Shown here: piece by piece, positions 1-9,791 of the stretch
Position numbering within the stretch: position 1 is the first letter of the stretch
Layout: each line of letters opens with the position of its first letter
From: an uncultured delta proteobacterium
GTDB lineage: Bacteria; Desulfobacterota; Binatia; UBA9968
Length of the DNA: 64,000 nucleotides
Assembly: GCA_963745835.1 (NCBI GenBank)
Contig: CAVUZH010000003.1
Coordinates: 544,001-608,000, forward strand
Direction of reading: 5' to 3'
The notes under the pieces: model-generated
Told to the model about the DNA's origin: nothing
What the model saw: only the letters and a program-made list of their open reading frames with translations
Databases searched by the model: none
Program-made: the position numbers and the translations under genes

Positions 1-1000
1 TTTGGTCCTGGATGGGCTCAACATAACCGATGGCAGTATGCAAAGTGGTGGTTTGTCCATAACTCTCGAGGCCATCCATACCGGAGAGCCCCGGGGAAGC
101 TGCGCTTCGAAGAACTATCCCCGATTGCGCAGCTTGGCGGCTGCTGGAACGGTTCTCGAGTAACCTGAGCCCATCAAACTGCATTTGTGCCGGATCATCC
201 GACATGTCGCTTTGCAAAGGTGAATCATCCATCTGCTCGCGGATAATCCCCCTAGCATGCTGCGAGGCCTCATTATTAGTAAGCCGCTCTTGGTAGCGAA
301 TGATTTCCTGTTGCAGTTGGCGATTATTGAGCAGCGCCTTGTCGTATTTTTGTTCGAGGTCGAGCAACTGACGGTTGATCGTATCGAATGTCCGCAGCTT
401 CTCCTGGCAATCGGCCAGCTCTCGCTCAAGTGCTTGGAGATTATTTTCGAACTCGCCGCGGGACTCGGCAAGGGACCGCTCGGCGGCGACAAGAGCTGAG
501 GGTGCGCTGGCGTTCTCCAGTTCCTCGATTCTCGTCTTGCTTTGTTCGAGCTTTGCCGTGGTCGACTTCAACTCGCTCGCTATCGTGTCAAGCTGCTTAT
601 CGAAGGCAGCTCTCTCTAAATGAGATTCCTCGTTCGCTTTCAATGTGGAATACAACTGCTCCCGGAGGGCTGCTGCTTCATAGTTGAGATTCTGGTTAGA
701 GACTTCTAACTGGCGCTTCTCGGAGTCCAGTTGAGTGAACTCGCGCTCAGTCGAATCCAGTCTGCTGGATAGAGCCGAGAGTTGTTCCTGTAATTCTTTA
801 TTGGCGTTTTCGAGTTTGTCTAATTTGTTTTGATAATCATCGGTAGCTGTGCCCATGTTCGGTCGGGAAAGTTTCGCGGCAAGAGTTGCCACTTCGCGGC
901 GCTTCTTTCGCAATTCCTTTTCAGAGGCAACCAGAAAGGCGCCCAGTAGAGCTACGGTAGCGCCCGCGAGAACGAGCATCCAGGTAATCGTGCCATCCAT
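1..1000 (-). CDS. Membrane-anchored coiled-coil protein, runs off the left edge (absent from ORF track)
   Basis: Manual translation from ATG at 1000 (RBS GGGAGA upstream): MDGTITWMLVLAGATVALLGAFLVASEKELRKKRREV..., then long E/Q/K/L-rich heptad region; no stop before position 1. Confidence 0.8.
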   Translation of the reverse strand, partial: MDGTITWMLVLAGATVALLGAFLVASEKELRKKRREVATLAAKLSRPNMGTATDDYQNKLDKLENANKELQEQLSALSSRLDSTEREFTQLDSEKRQLEVSNQNLNYEAAALREQLYSTLKANEESHLERAAFDKQLDTIASELKSTTAKLEQSKTRIEELENASAPSALVAAERSLAESRGEFENNLQALERELADCQEKLRTFDTINRQLLDLEQKYDKALLNNRQLQQEIIRYQERLTNNEASQHARGIIREQMDDSPLQSDMSDDPAQMQFDGLRLLENRSSSRQAAQSGIVLRSAASPGLSGMDGLESYGQTTTLHTAIGYVEPIQDQ

Positions 1001-1210
1001 TGTGGTCTCCCTATTTACATCTGATTTGAACCGGACGAGGCTAATGTTTAGCGCCGTGCAGATGCTTCGATCGTGCAAGCCATGCGCTGTTACCGTTCGA
1101 GGAGAGAAATTGGAGAATCATTCTATGTTTAGAGGTTCAGTTCAGTTTTGCTCGGAACGGCTGAACCAGGTTCGGCTGGCGCCAAAGTTCAGTCGCCCGG
1201 AGCCGATAAC

Positions 1211-1225
1211 GCCAAATATGTGCCA
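1211..1225 (-). promoter_or_regulatory. Possible sigma-54 promoter for the coiled-coil gene
   Basis: Minus strand TGGCACATATTTGGC: GG and GC correctly spaced (-24/-12), imperfect match to TGGCACG-N4-TTGC. Confidence 0.35.
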
Positions 1226-1606
1226 ATTCTCGTGATTGCTCCGCCAAGCTCCTAAAAGGGCTGATACTGCGCGTCTAATCGAGGGGGGAAGCCGGTCTTA
1301 TGCCGCTGCGATTGGCTGACCCATAAACAAAATCGTGAATCCTGGCGAAAATTGTAAACGGTGGACAGTCAAGCGCTGGTGGCGTTAAGGGATGCGAGAC
1401 ATATCGGCTCTCCGATAGAAAATATTGTCTGCGCGCGGAAAGCCGAGAGTGATTCTTTGCCACCCGCGCCTCTCGTGACTGGTGAGCGCGAAAATCGTCT
1501 CAGCCAATCAACAGCAAAGGGTGGTAATCGTGGCGGGAGTTTTCAGACTGAAAAGTAAAAGCTGTAAAAATTAGCGGGTATGAATCCTGCGGCGCCGTAG
1601 ACTGGT

Positions 1607-2008
1607 TCATTTGGCCGGCAGCGCCAGGCTGCGGATGTAAGCAACAAGATCTTCAATCTCTTTATCTTTAAAGATTCCTTGCCATGCCGGCATGAAAGAG
1701 GATAGACCCATCGCTTTACCGCCTTTGGCTATGACGTCGCGCAGAAAAGCATCCGTGCGTGAAGTCATTGCCGCGGGGTTGGTATGATCGGCCGGACGCA
1801 CCGGCAGCGATCGCGCGCCAACTCCATCGCCTTTGCCTGCCTCGCCGTGACAGGGAGCGCAGTTCTCACGATAGATCCGTTTACCCTGTTCCATATCAGC
1901 GTAGGCATTTGAGTAGCATAGAAGCAAAACGCCGGCGACGATCAGAATCCGCAGCGCGCCATTTTTTGCCTGGCTGAATCCAAAAAGCGTTGATTCGGTT
2001 GCAAACAT
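1607..2008 (-). CDS. Class I monoheme cytochrome c
   Basis: Signal peptide (AYA), CAPCH heme motif, distal Met in MPAW. Confidence 0.85.
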   Translation of the reverse strand: MFATESTLFGFSQAKNGALRILIVAGVLLLCYSNAYADMEQGKRIYRENCAPCHGEAGKGDGVGARSLPVRPADHTNPAAMTSRTDAFLRDVIAKGGKAMGLSSFMPAWQGIFKDKEIEDLVAYIRSLALPAK

Positions 2009-2060
2009 GTTTCACCCAATGCTACATCGCGATGATCAGATTTGTGGAAAGGCCCCGTCG

Positions 2061-2567
2061 ATGAATTGGATATCTACTCTTTTGATGATCCTTGCAACAT
2101 CTTTCCTTATATCGCCGACCTCGCCGGTCCGCGCTGAGACAGAACCGGAAAGGATCGCCCGCGGTCGCTACATCGCCACTGCGATCCAAGGCTGCGGCTG
2201 CCACACACGTGAAAGACCCGATGGCAGTAAGGATGAAAATTGGCACTACGCTGGTTCGCCGAATCCCGCGCCGCCTGCCGGTCCGCCGGCAAACGCCGGG
2301 TGGTCGTCGCCGCGCTGGAAGAAAATCTACGCGAGGAATATCACGCCCGACCGGGAAACCGGTATCGGCAACTGGACTGAAGCGGATTTCATACGATCGA
2401 TGAAGACCGGTCTCACCCCGGATGGCCGAGTGCTAGATGCTCAGATGCCTTGGGATGCCTTTCAAAAAATCACCGACCGCGATCTAAAATCGTTGTGGGC
2501 GTATCTCAGAACGATCAAGCCGATCAAGAATACGCCGCCCGAAAGAATCCCCGCCGAACAGAAATAA
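2061..2567 (+). CDS. Cytochrome c (gluconate/alcohol dehydrogenase cytochrome-subunit-like domain) with atypical CGCH motif
   Basis: Signal peptide, RGRY..GCGCHT, NITPDRETGIGNW, MPW; start 2061 preferred over 2007. Confidence 0.8.
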   Translation: MNWISTLLMILATSFLISPTSPVRAETEPERIARGRYIATAIQGCGCHTRERPDGSKDENWHYAGSPNPAPPAGPPANAGWSSPRWKKIYARNITPDRETGIGNWTEADFIRSMKTGLTPDGRVLDAQMPWDAFQKITDRDLKSLWAYLRTIKPIKNTPPERIPAEQK

Positions 2568-2579
2568 CCGGAGTAAACT

Positions 2580-3116
2580 ATGAAATCGCGGCGTCTAACC
2601 TTTCTCGCTTGCGGCGCATTGACCTTCATCGGCGCGGCGTGCGCGCTTAACTCGTCACGGGAAACGATACCTGCCGATTGGGAGCAAGCAAGTTACATCG
2701 ATCGAGGTAACTATCTGGTGAATCATCTCGGGCACTGTGTCGGCTGTCACACGCCGTTGGCGCCCAATGGCGAATCGGACATGAAATTTTATCTTTCCGG
2801 CGTGCCGGCAAAGTATGCCGGCACGACAGTAGGGCGCAGTCAGGTGGCCGGTTTTCCCGGACCGCGGGGCGCGCGTTTCTACGCCAAGAATCTGACTCCG
2901 GACCCCGAGACCGGACTCGGCCGCTGGAGCGAAGAGCAGTTCGTGCAAACATTCAAGAACGGCGTCAGTCCCGACGGCACCAAGTATGCGATCTCGCCGA
3001 TGGAGTGGAACATCTATGCCAATATGAAGGAAGAAGATGTTCGCGCCATCTACCGCTATCTTCGAACCATCAAAGCAATACCCAATAAAGTGCCGGCGAA
3101 CATCCCGCCGAAATAG
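2580..3116 (+). CDS. Cytochrome c, probable lipoprotein, paralog of the upstream gene
   Basis: RGNYLV..HCVGCHTP, NLTPDPETGLGRW; lipobox-like IGAAC. Confidence 0.85.
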   Translation: MKSRRLTFLACGALTFIGAACALNSSRETIPADWEQASYIDRGNYLVNHLGHCVGCHTPLAPNGESDMKFYLSGVPAKYAGTTVGRSQVAGFPGPRGARFYAKNLTPDPETGLGRWSEEQFVQTFKNGVSPDGTKYAISPMEWNIYANMKEEDVRAIYRYLRTIKAIPNKVPANIPPK

Positions 3117-3230
3117 CACGCAGCTGGACGAGCATTGATTTTGTCGTTTTGCCGATGAGTGACAGCTTGTTGCGGCGGGGATTGCAACTGCAAATAGTCG
3201 CGGTGATATTATCACGACGGAATCACCCCA

Positions 3231-4277
3231 TCACAATCGAATGCCATTCTTCATCTTTGCGAGAGGCAGACTCGGGATTCTAAACCTGCGTCTGTAAGCG
3301 CCGGCGGTAACGCCTGTGAGACGCTTGAATAGGCGGCGAAAAAACGTCGGGTCTTCGTAGCCGACTTGCCAGCCAATTTCATCGATGGGCGCGGTTGTTC
3401 TTTCCAACCGCCGTTTTGCTTCATCCACACGCAGGCGCTGCACATACTCAATGGGCGTGTGCCCCGTTGCGTTCTTGAAGCGCCGTTTGAAGGTGCGCTC
3501 CGCGATGCCGGACTGGCGCACCGCTTGCTCGATGGGGCTTGGCACCGAGAAATGCTTGTTGAGCCATTTCTGAGTCTCTTGAACTACCGCATCGCCATGA
3601 TCCATCGCCGGTTCAAACATGACATAGGGAGACAAGCCGTCGGCATGCCATTGAAATGCGAAAAACTTGGCGATGGCTTGCGCGGCTGTGGGACCTGCAT
3701 GCTGGGAGATCAAGTAGAGAATTAAATCGTGCCATGCCGTGGACGCGCCGGACATGATGAATTGATTATTTTCGCCGATCGCAATCAAGGCCTTCTCTAC
3801 GCGCAAACGAACACCGGGAAAGTTCTTCTGAAAAGTCGGCGCGTAAATCCAGTGAATGGTTGCTTCTTTGCCCTCCAATAAACCGGTTTCCGCCAACAGT
3901 AGTACGCCGGAACACGTCGAACACAACTGCGCGCCTTTGGCATGCATCCCGTTTAGCCAACGAACGATGCTCGGATATCTGCCTTTAAGCCACTCGCCCC
4001 GCGCAACGATGACCGACGGTACAATGATCACGTCGGTGAAATCGATGTCATCGATGGATCGGCCCGCCGGGATCGGCATACCGCCGGAAGTGTGCGTCAG
4101 GCCGGAACTGGGCGCGACGATTTCCACGGTGAATGGCGGGTCGCTCGGTAAAGCATCATTGTAAGTGGAAAGCAGAGCGAACGAATTCAACACGTCGTGG
4201 AGTCCGATTAGCGTCGAGGCCATGACCTCGGGAATAGCCAAGAGACTGACGTTAATCGATTTTTTTCCACCCTTCAT
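3231..4277 (-). CDS. GlxA-family AraC transcriptional regulator (DJ-1/PfpI + HTH)
   Basis: CSG..LLAETGLLEGKEATIHW; C-terminal RTFKRRFK...VGYED..FFRRLFKR. Confidence 0.92.
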   Translation of the reverse strand: MKGGKKSINVSLLAIPEVMASTLIGLHDVLNSFALLSTYNDALPSDPPFTVEIVAPSSGLTHTSGGMPIPAGRSIDDIDFTDVIIVPSVIVARGEWLKGRYPSIVRWLNGMHAKGAQLCSTCSGVLLLAETGLLEGKEATIHWIYAPTFQKNFPGVRLRVEKALIAIGENNQFIMSGASTAWHDLILYLISQHAGPTAAQAIAKFFAFQWHADGLSPYVMFEPAMDHGDAVVQETQKWLNKHFSVPSPIEQAVRQSGIAERTFKRRFKNATGHTPIEYVQRLRVDEAKRRLERTTAPIDEIGWQVGYEDPTFFRRLFKRLTGVTAGAYRRRFRIPSLPLAKMKNGIRL

Positions 4278-4394
4278 TTTTTATTCCCTCTGGCACGAAC
4301 GAACCTGTTTTGACCGTTTTCGCTCTTCTACAGACAGGCTCGAGAGATTATTTTGACTGGCGTGAAAGCAAATCTACCTTAGGAGGATAGAACG

Positions 4395-5450
4395 ATGAAG
4401 GTCAACGAGCAAAAGCTAAATGAGCTCGTGGAAAAAGCGATCAGTGATCTGGCGGCGGGTTATGGCGGAGTGATGGTGGCTTTGGGAGACAAACTCGGCT
4501 TGTACAGGGCAATGGCGGGACAGGGTCCCTTAAGCTCCACGGAGGTCGCCAAACTAGCTGGTTGCGCTGAGCGGTACGTGCGCGAATGGCTCAACAGCCA
4601 GGCAGCCGCGGGTTATGTCGTTTACCACTCGTCCAGCGAGAGTTACGAGCTCACAGCCGAGCAGGCGATGGTGCTCGCTAACGAGGACAGCCCGCTTTTC
4701 CTGCCGCCCGCCTGGGAAGTGCCGGCGTCCATGTGGTTCGATGAAGAGAAAACAATCGAGGCGTTCCGCACCGGGAGAGGCATCGGCTGGGACGAGCACA
4801 ACCCGCGACTGTACCGAGGTGTCGCCGCTTTTTACCGAAACGCATACCAAGGCCAATTAGTTTCAGATTGGCTACCCGCTCTGGAAAACGGCACGGAGAA
4901 ATTAAATGCCAGGGCTAAGATCGCCGACGTTGGCTGCGGCTACGGACACTCGACGATCATCATGGCCGAAGCGTTTCCCGGATCTCGATTTTGGGGCTTC
5001 GACATTCACCCGGATTCGATCGAGGCTGCCCGAAGGAATGCTAAAACGCGCGGTGTCGGCGATCGTGTTACCTTCGAGGTTGCGGATGCCAAGAACTATC
5101 CCGCGCAAGGGTTCGATTTGATCTGTTTCTTCGATTGTTTGCACGATATGGGAGATCCGGTGGGCGCGGCGCGCCACGCGCGCGAAGCGTTGTCGCCAAA
5201 CGGGTCGATCATGCTCGTCGAACCGTACGCCAACGACCGGGTCGAAGATAATCTAAATCCCATCGGACGCCTTTACTATTCCGCGTCCACGACGCTCTGC
5301 TGCGCGCATTCGTTATCCGAAGAAGGGATAGCGCTCGGAGCCCAAGCAGGCGAGAAGAAGTTAGCAAGGATTTTAAAAGAAGCCGGATTCCGGACTATCC
5401 GGGCGGCCAAGAAAACGCCGTTTAACCTGATTCTCGAAGCTCAACCTTAG
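4395..5450 (+). CDS. Class I SAM-dependent methyltransferase with N-terminal winged helix (Rv2258c-like)
   Basis: ERYVREWL, DVGCGYG, FDCLHDM, LGAQAG; RBS AGGAGG. Confidence 0.92.
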   Translation: MKVNEQKLNELVEKAISDLAAGYGGVMVALGDKLGLYRAMAGQGPLSSTEVAKLAGCAERYVREWLNSQAAAGYVVYHSSSESYELTAEQAMVLANEDSPLFLPPAWEVPASMWFDEEKTIEAFRTGRGIGWDEHNPRLYRGVAAFYRNAYQGQLVSDWLPALENGTEKLNARAKIADVGCGYGHSTIIMAEAFPGSRFWGFDIHPDSIEAARRNAKTRGVGDRVTFEVADAKNYPAQGFDLICFFDCLHDMGDPVGAARHAREALSPNGSIMLVEPYANDRVEDNLNPIGRLYYSASTTLCCAHSLSEEGIALGAQAGEKKLARILKEAGFRTIRAAKKTPFNLILEAQP

Positions 5451-5479
5451 AGTAGGCGATCCAGAGGATTAGCGATCCT

Positions 5480-5510
5480 GGAGGTAGCGCGGGCTTGCCG
5501 CGCTACCTCC
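5480..5510 (+). terminator. 13-bp perfect hairpin after the methyltransferase
   Basis: GGAGGTAGCGCGG-gcttg-CCGCGCTACCTCC; weak U tract. Confidence 0.55.
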
Positions 5511-5527
5511 TCTCGTTACATATAAAC

Positions 5528-5733
5528 CAGGTGCCCGGCTTCCCGGCCCGCGTGGCCCACGGTTCTAATCCCAATCTGACCCGGACGGGAAGACGGGACT
5601 TGGTCCTTGGACGGAAAAGCAATCTCTCAAGACTTTCATGCAGGGCGTCAGTCGGGACGATACCAACTACCCAACTTCCAGTGGAACATCTATGCGGAAT
5701 ATGAAGTAAGAGGTTCTTCGGGCCATGTATCGA
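5528..5733 (+). pseudogene. Decayed 3'-half duplicate of cytochrome c gene 2580-3116
   Basis: Aligns by eye to about 2841-3056 (caggtg.ccgg.ttcccgg, aatctgac, ggcgtcagtc, agtggaacatctatgc.aatatgaag) with multiple indels. Confidence 0.8.
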
Positions 5734-5969
5734 CAGGCATCAAAAATGTATCAGCTTAAGCCGTGGCTCATAGGACCGATTTTCGAACCTCTGAAAACAC
5801 TACTTCAAGCAGTTTTTTATTGACGGTCTGACAATCGCGTGGTCTAACGGTGCTGATGTGCGCCTGAAAACTATACGGCGCAGTTGTGGTCAACACAGAC
5901 TCCGGCCAGAAAACCAGGCGTGTTATCTAAGAAAGCCAAAACTGGCGAACTAACTCTAGCGACCGAAGG

Positions 5970-6981
5970 CATGAATATGGTTAAAGCCTGTACCATCGGA
6001 ATAGCTCTGGCTCTGCGGTTATTCCTCGTTGACGAGGCCCGGGGGCAAGCGATCGATATCGCCGCGGCAAAGAAGGAGGGCAGGGTGGTCGTCTACGGCA
6101 GTGTGGTGCCGCAGGCGATGGAAGAGCTGCACAAAAATTTTGAATTAAAGCACGGTATCCGAGTCGATTACTGGCGCGGGTCCTCGACCGCGGTAGCCGA
6201 GCGCGCCCAAAGCGAGTGGCGCGCCGGCCGCCCCGCATTTGACGTGGTGGAGTCGAGTTGGGATGTCATGGCTTTGATGAAAAAGGAAGGGATTTTTGCA
6301 CCTTATGTTCCGCCGTCTTCACAAAGCTTTGCCGACCAGTTCAAGGAAAAAGACGCGCTGATCACGCCGTGGCGTATCTTGCCGATCAGTATTCTTTACA
6401 ACACCGAATTGGTCAAAGCCGCGGAGGCTCCCAAGAGTTTAGAAGATCTCCTGAGCTCTAAATGGAAGGGAAAAATCAGCATGCCTGATCCCTCGCGGCA
6501 CACGACGACGGCAAAGTTTTTCTGGAATCTCGAAAAGCTGATGGGGGCAAAATGGCGCGAGTATGTGAAAGGGTTGGCGAAGCAACAGCCGCTTCTGCTG
6601 GAATCCCTGGCGCCGGTAACTCCGGCCATCATAAAAGGAGAAGCGCAGGTGGGAATCGCCTACATAAAATTCGTCAAGCAATACAAAGGTCCGGTTTCTT
6701 ATGTCTCGCTTGATAAATATCTCTCCGACCCCAATCACCTGGCGCTTGGAGCCAAAGCGGCGCGCTCAAACGCCGGCCGATTATACATCGAGTACGCAGT
6801 CTCCGCCGAAGGGCAGAGAATGATCGCACAAGACGGCGAATTCGTTCTAGCGCCCGGTGTCTACCCGCCCATCCAAGGCGCTGAGAAGGTAACTCCGAAC
6901 ATGATACCCATGGACAACCCGACGGAGCAGGAAGCAAAGAATTTAAGTAGCGAGTTTCGCCAGATCTTCTTTGCCCAATGA
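5970..6981 (+). CDS. Extracellular solute-binding protein (AfuA/Fe3+-thiamine ABC type)
   Basis: Signal peptide, AAKKEGRVVVYGS, YNTELV...PKSLEDLL..KWKGKI. Confidence 0.88.
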
Positions 6982-7062
6982 ATCACTGGCGGCGCATCGA
7001 AGTGAACAGCACAATCGTGATTCAGTTGCATCCTCTAGAAACAACGAAAGGAAGATAAAACG

Positions 7063-8022
7063 ATGGAAGAGACGATCGTTTACCTCAACGGGGCATTCGT
7101 ACCGGAAAGCCAGGCAAAAGTTTCCGTGCTGGACAGTGGGTTTAACGCCGGTGACGGAGTGTATGATGTAACACGCACATTCCGCCATAAACCGTTCCGG
7201 CTGCGGGAGCATACCGAGCGGCTGTTTCGCTCGCTTCAATATACCCGGATCGATTGCGGCATGTCGCTGGAAGATATGGAGAAGACGACGTTGGAGGTTT
7301 TGGAGCGCAACAAGAAGCTCTTACGCGATAACGAAGACTGCGCCCTCTGGCAAGTAGTGAGCCGCGGCGTTCGCTCCATGCGAGGCAATCGAGTGAGCGG
7401 CCGCGCCACCGTGACTGTCTATCCTGTGATTGTCAATTTTCCCGAGTTTGCGAGTTTTTATGTCGAAGGCGCGCCGCTGGTCATTCCTGCGACCAGACGC
7501 ATACCGCCACAGTGCCTCGAGTCCAAAGCGAAGATCACCAACAAGATGAATCACAACATGGCGGCGTTCGAGGCCAAGCAGGCCGATCCCAGGGCGATTC
7601 CGTTGATGCTCGACATTGATGGCAACCTTAGCGAGACCAGCGCGCACAATTGTTTCCTAGTCATCGACGGCAAGCTCTGCACGCCCTCGGACAGGAACGT
7701 TCTAGGCGGCATTACCAAAGCGGCGATCTTCGAGCTTGCCAAACAGTTGGGCGTGGAAGTCGTCGAGGGAAACTATACGCCATTCGATCTGTACACCGCC
7801 GAAGAGGCTTTTCTAGCTAGCACCAGCCCGACATTCGTTCCAATCAAGACGGTCAACGGTCTTCAAATCGGCAAGGGTGCACCGGGACCGATAACGCTGC
7901 GCTTAATCGGTGCCTGGAACCAAATGGTCGGAATAGACATCGTCGATCAGGCCTTGAGCCACCTCGACAATGCGGAGCGTGACCGTCTGATGACTCTCTG
8001 GCAAAGCAGGAAGGCCGCCTAG
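7063..8022 (+). CDS. Class IV PLP aminotransferase (branched-chain/D-amino-acid type)
   Basis: VYLNG.FVP, D.GF..GDGVYD, KAK (PLP Lys), E.S..N.F, LGGIT, AEEAFL.ST. Confidence 0.9.
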   Translation: MEETIVYLNGAFVPESQAKVSVLDSGFNAGDGVYDVTRTFRHKPFRLREHTERLFRSLQYTRIDCGMSLEDMEKTTLEVLERNKKLLRDNEDCALWQVVSRGVRSMRGNRVSGRATVTVYPVIVNFPEFASFYVEGAPLVIPATRRIPPQCLESKAKITNKMNHNMAAFEAKQADPRAIPLMLDIDGNLSETSAHNCFLVIDGKLCTPSDRNVLGGITKAAIFELAKQLGVEVVEGNYTPFDLYTAEEAFLASTSPTFVPIKTVNGLQIGKGAPGPITLRLIGAWNQMVGIDIVDQALSHLDNAERDRLMTLWQSRKAA

Positions 8023-8098
8023 CTTCGAAGGCCGCCCAGCATGATCATCAGGTAACCTGGTCATCTAAAATTCGTAAGAATTCGGTGAGCGTTTAGAA

Positions 8099-8183
8099 TC
8101 ATGCCGGGAAGCCGGTATCCAAAAGTTTTTAATTCCTGGATTCCGCGTAGCCGCCGCCCTGCACCGGGGTTGCCTGGAATGAC
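8099..8183. repeat. REP-like palindromic element
   Basis: tcatgccggg..ccggtatcca ... tggattcc ... ggaatgac arrangement typical of intergenic REP-like repeats. Confidence 0.45.
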
Positions 8184-8242
8184 GATCAAGCATAAATGAC
8201 CTTTCTTACAGAACAGTAGAATGTCACAAGGTTCCATTTCAG

Positions 8243-9280
8243 ATGAATTCTAAAGACAACAAAAAAATAAAAGTCATTTTTTACGGTGTAGGCGCGATCG
8301 GCAGTGAGGCGGCTAAATTTGGTTTGAGCCGCCCAGGGCTCAAGGTAGTCGGAGCTATCGATTCTGATCCAGGTAAAATTGGACTCGATCTCGGCACGGT
8401 TTTAGGGTTTGAAAAAAACCTCGGCATAAAAGTGAGCGGCGATCCCGCTGCGCTCTTCAGCGAGGTTGAAGCGGATGTCGTCGTGCTCACAACCGGTTCC
8501 TTCCTGCCGGCAATATACGAGCAGCTCGAGACCGCAGTCCGGGCCGGGCTCAATGTAGTCACCTCGGCAGAAGAGCTGGCTTTTCCAACATTGCAAAGCG
8601 CGCAGTTGGCGGAAAAACTCGATCAGCTCGCCAAAGAAAAGGGCGTTACGATCAAGGCCGCCGGTATCAATCCCGGGTTCGTGATGGACAGCCTTATCGT
8701 ATTCCTAGCGACAGCCTCGGCCGACATCGAGCACGTGTGGGCGAAACGGGTGGTCGATTGCTCGCTGCGCCGCAGACAGCTGCAAATGAAGATGGGAGCG
8801 GGTCTGCGTGTCGATCAGTTTAAGGCCAGTCTCGGCAATAAAATTTTCGGCCATCTGGGACTGATGGAGTCGGCGGCACTCGTGGCTGACGCACTCGGTA
8901 TGATTCCCGATCGAATTACCCAATCCGTCGAGCCGGTGATCGCGGAAGGTAACGTCGAGTCGGAACACGTAAGAGTAAAATCTGGTGAAGTTTCCGGCAT
9001 GCGCCAGGTCGCGCGCTGTCTAAGCAACGGCAAGGAATGCGTCAGCCTCGAAGTGCTTTTTTGCGTGGGAGCGACGGAGCCGCAGGATCAGATCGTGGTT
9101 AAGGGAATGACGAACATCGATGTTACGATCAAAGATGGCATTGCCGGCGACCAAGCCACCGTCGCGATTCTGATTAACGCTATTGCTCCGATTTTGGAAG
9201 CCAAACCCGGACTCCTGACGCCAACCGGAAAAAGCATCGCCGAAATCACGTGGCGCTGCCCTGTGGATCTAGGTTACTGA
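8243..9280 (+). CDS. DapB-N-like NAD(P)-dependent oxidoreductase (2,4-diaminopentanoate/amine dehydrogenase family)
   Basis: YGVGAIG Rossmann motif, NVVTSAEEL.FP, GINPGFVMD, GHLGL.ES, GD.AT. Confidence 0.85.
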   Translation: MNSKDNKKIKVIFYGVGAIGSEAAKFGLSRPGLKVVGAIDSDPGKIGLDLGTVLGFEKNLGIKVSGDPAALFSEVEADVVVLTTGSFLPAIYEQLETAVRAGLNVVTSAEELAFPTLQSAQLAEKLDQLAKEKGVTIKAAGINPGFVMDSLIVFLATASADIEHVWAKRVVDCSLRRRQLQMKMGAGLRVDQFKASLGNKIFGHLGLMESAALVADALGMIPDRITQSVEPVIAEGNVESEHVRVKSGEVSGMRQVARCLSNGKECVSLEVLFCVGATEPQDQIVVKGMTNIDVTIKDGIAGDQATVAILINAIAPILEAKPGLLTPTGKSIAEITWRCPVDLGY

Positions 9281-9340
9281 TTCGCGCATGCCTGACACAA
9301 ACATTTCTCAGATTGATATCACTCATCCCTGAAGCCATGG

Positions 9341-9360
9341 AGATTCAAGACGCGGACCCC
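9341..9360 (+). repeat. AAGATTCAAGACGCGACCCC-family repeat, copy 1
   Basis: agattcaagacgcggacccc (1-nt insertion relative to copies 2 and 4). Confidence 0.8.
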
Positions 9361-9529
9361 TAATCCTGAATCGCGCCTTCCGCGCATCGCTCAAGATCAC
9401 GAGGCGACGCCAATTATGCTGGCGTGAACCATCAAAACAATAGTGAACAACGCTCGCGATAGCAAAGCTGAGCCCCAGATCATTATTCACCCCGAACTAT
9501 TTTCCTCCATCGTACCGAAATCATTGCGG

Positions 9530-9546
9530 GCATGCCGCTGGCATGC
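9530..9546. promoter_or_regulatory. Palindromic operator upstream of the antitoxin
   Basis: GCATGCC-gct-GGCATGC overlapping an extended -10-like TGcTACCGT 5 nt before the ATG. Confidence 0.5.
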
Positions 9547-9557
9547 TACCGTTAAAT

Positions 9558-9791
9558 ATGGCCAATATTCAAGTTAAAAATATTCCCGAGAAACTGCACA
9601 ATCAGCTTCGTCGCTATGCCCGGGAGAAGGGCTGCACCCTGGGAGAGATCATTTTAAAAGCCATCGAGCGAGAGGTGTCGCGGCGAGAATGGCAGAAACG
9701 TTTTTTGGGCCGGCCTTCGACGCAGCTTCGTAGCTCGGCGGCTAAGCTGCTCGAGGAAGAACGCCGGCATCGCGACAGTGATCTTCTGTGA
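9558..9791 (+). CDS. FitA-like ribbon-helix-helix antitoxin
   Basis: MANIQVKNIPEKLH..LRRYA...G.TL; GTGA overlap with the PIN gene. Confidence 0.85.
   Translation: MANIQVKNIPEKLHNQLRRYAREKGCTLGEIILKAIEREVSRREWQKRFLGRPSTQLRSSAAKLLEEERRHRDSDLL

Noticed and set aside
115-1558. Short ORFs listed in the track in this region
   Set aside because: They are alternative-frame or antisense shadows of the 1-1000 minus-strand gene, or intergenic noise
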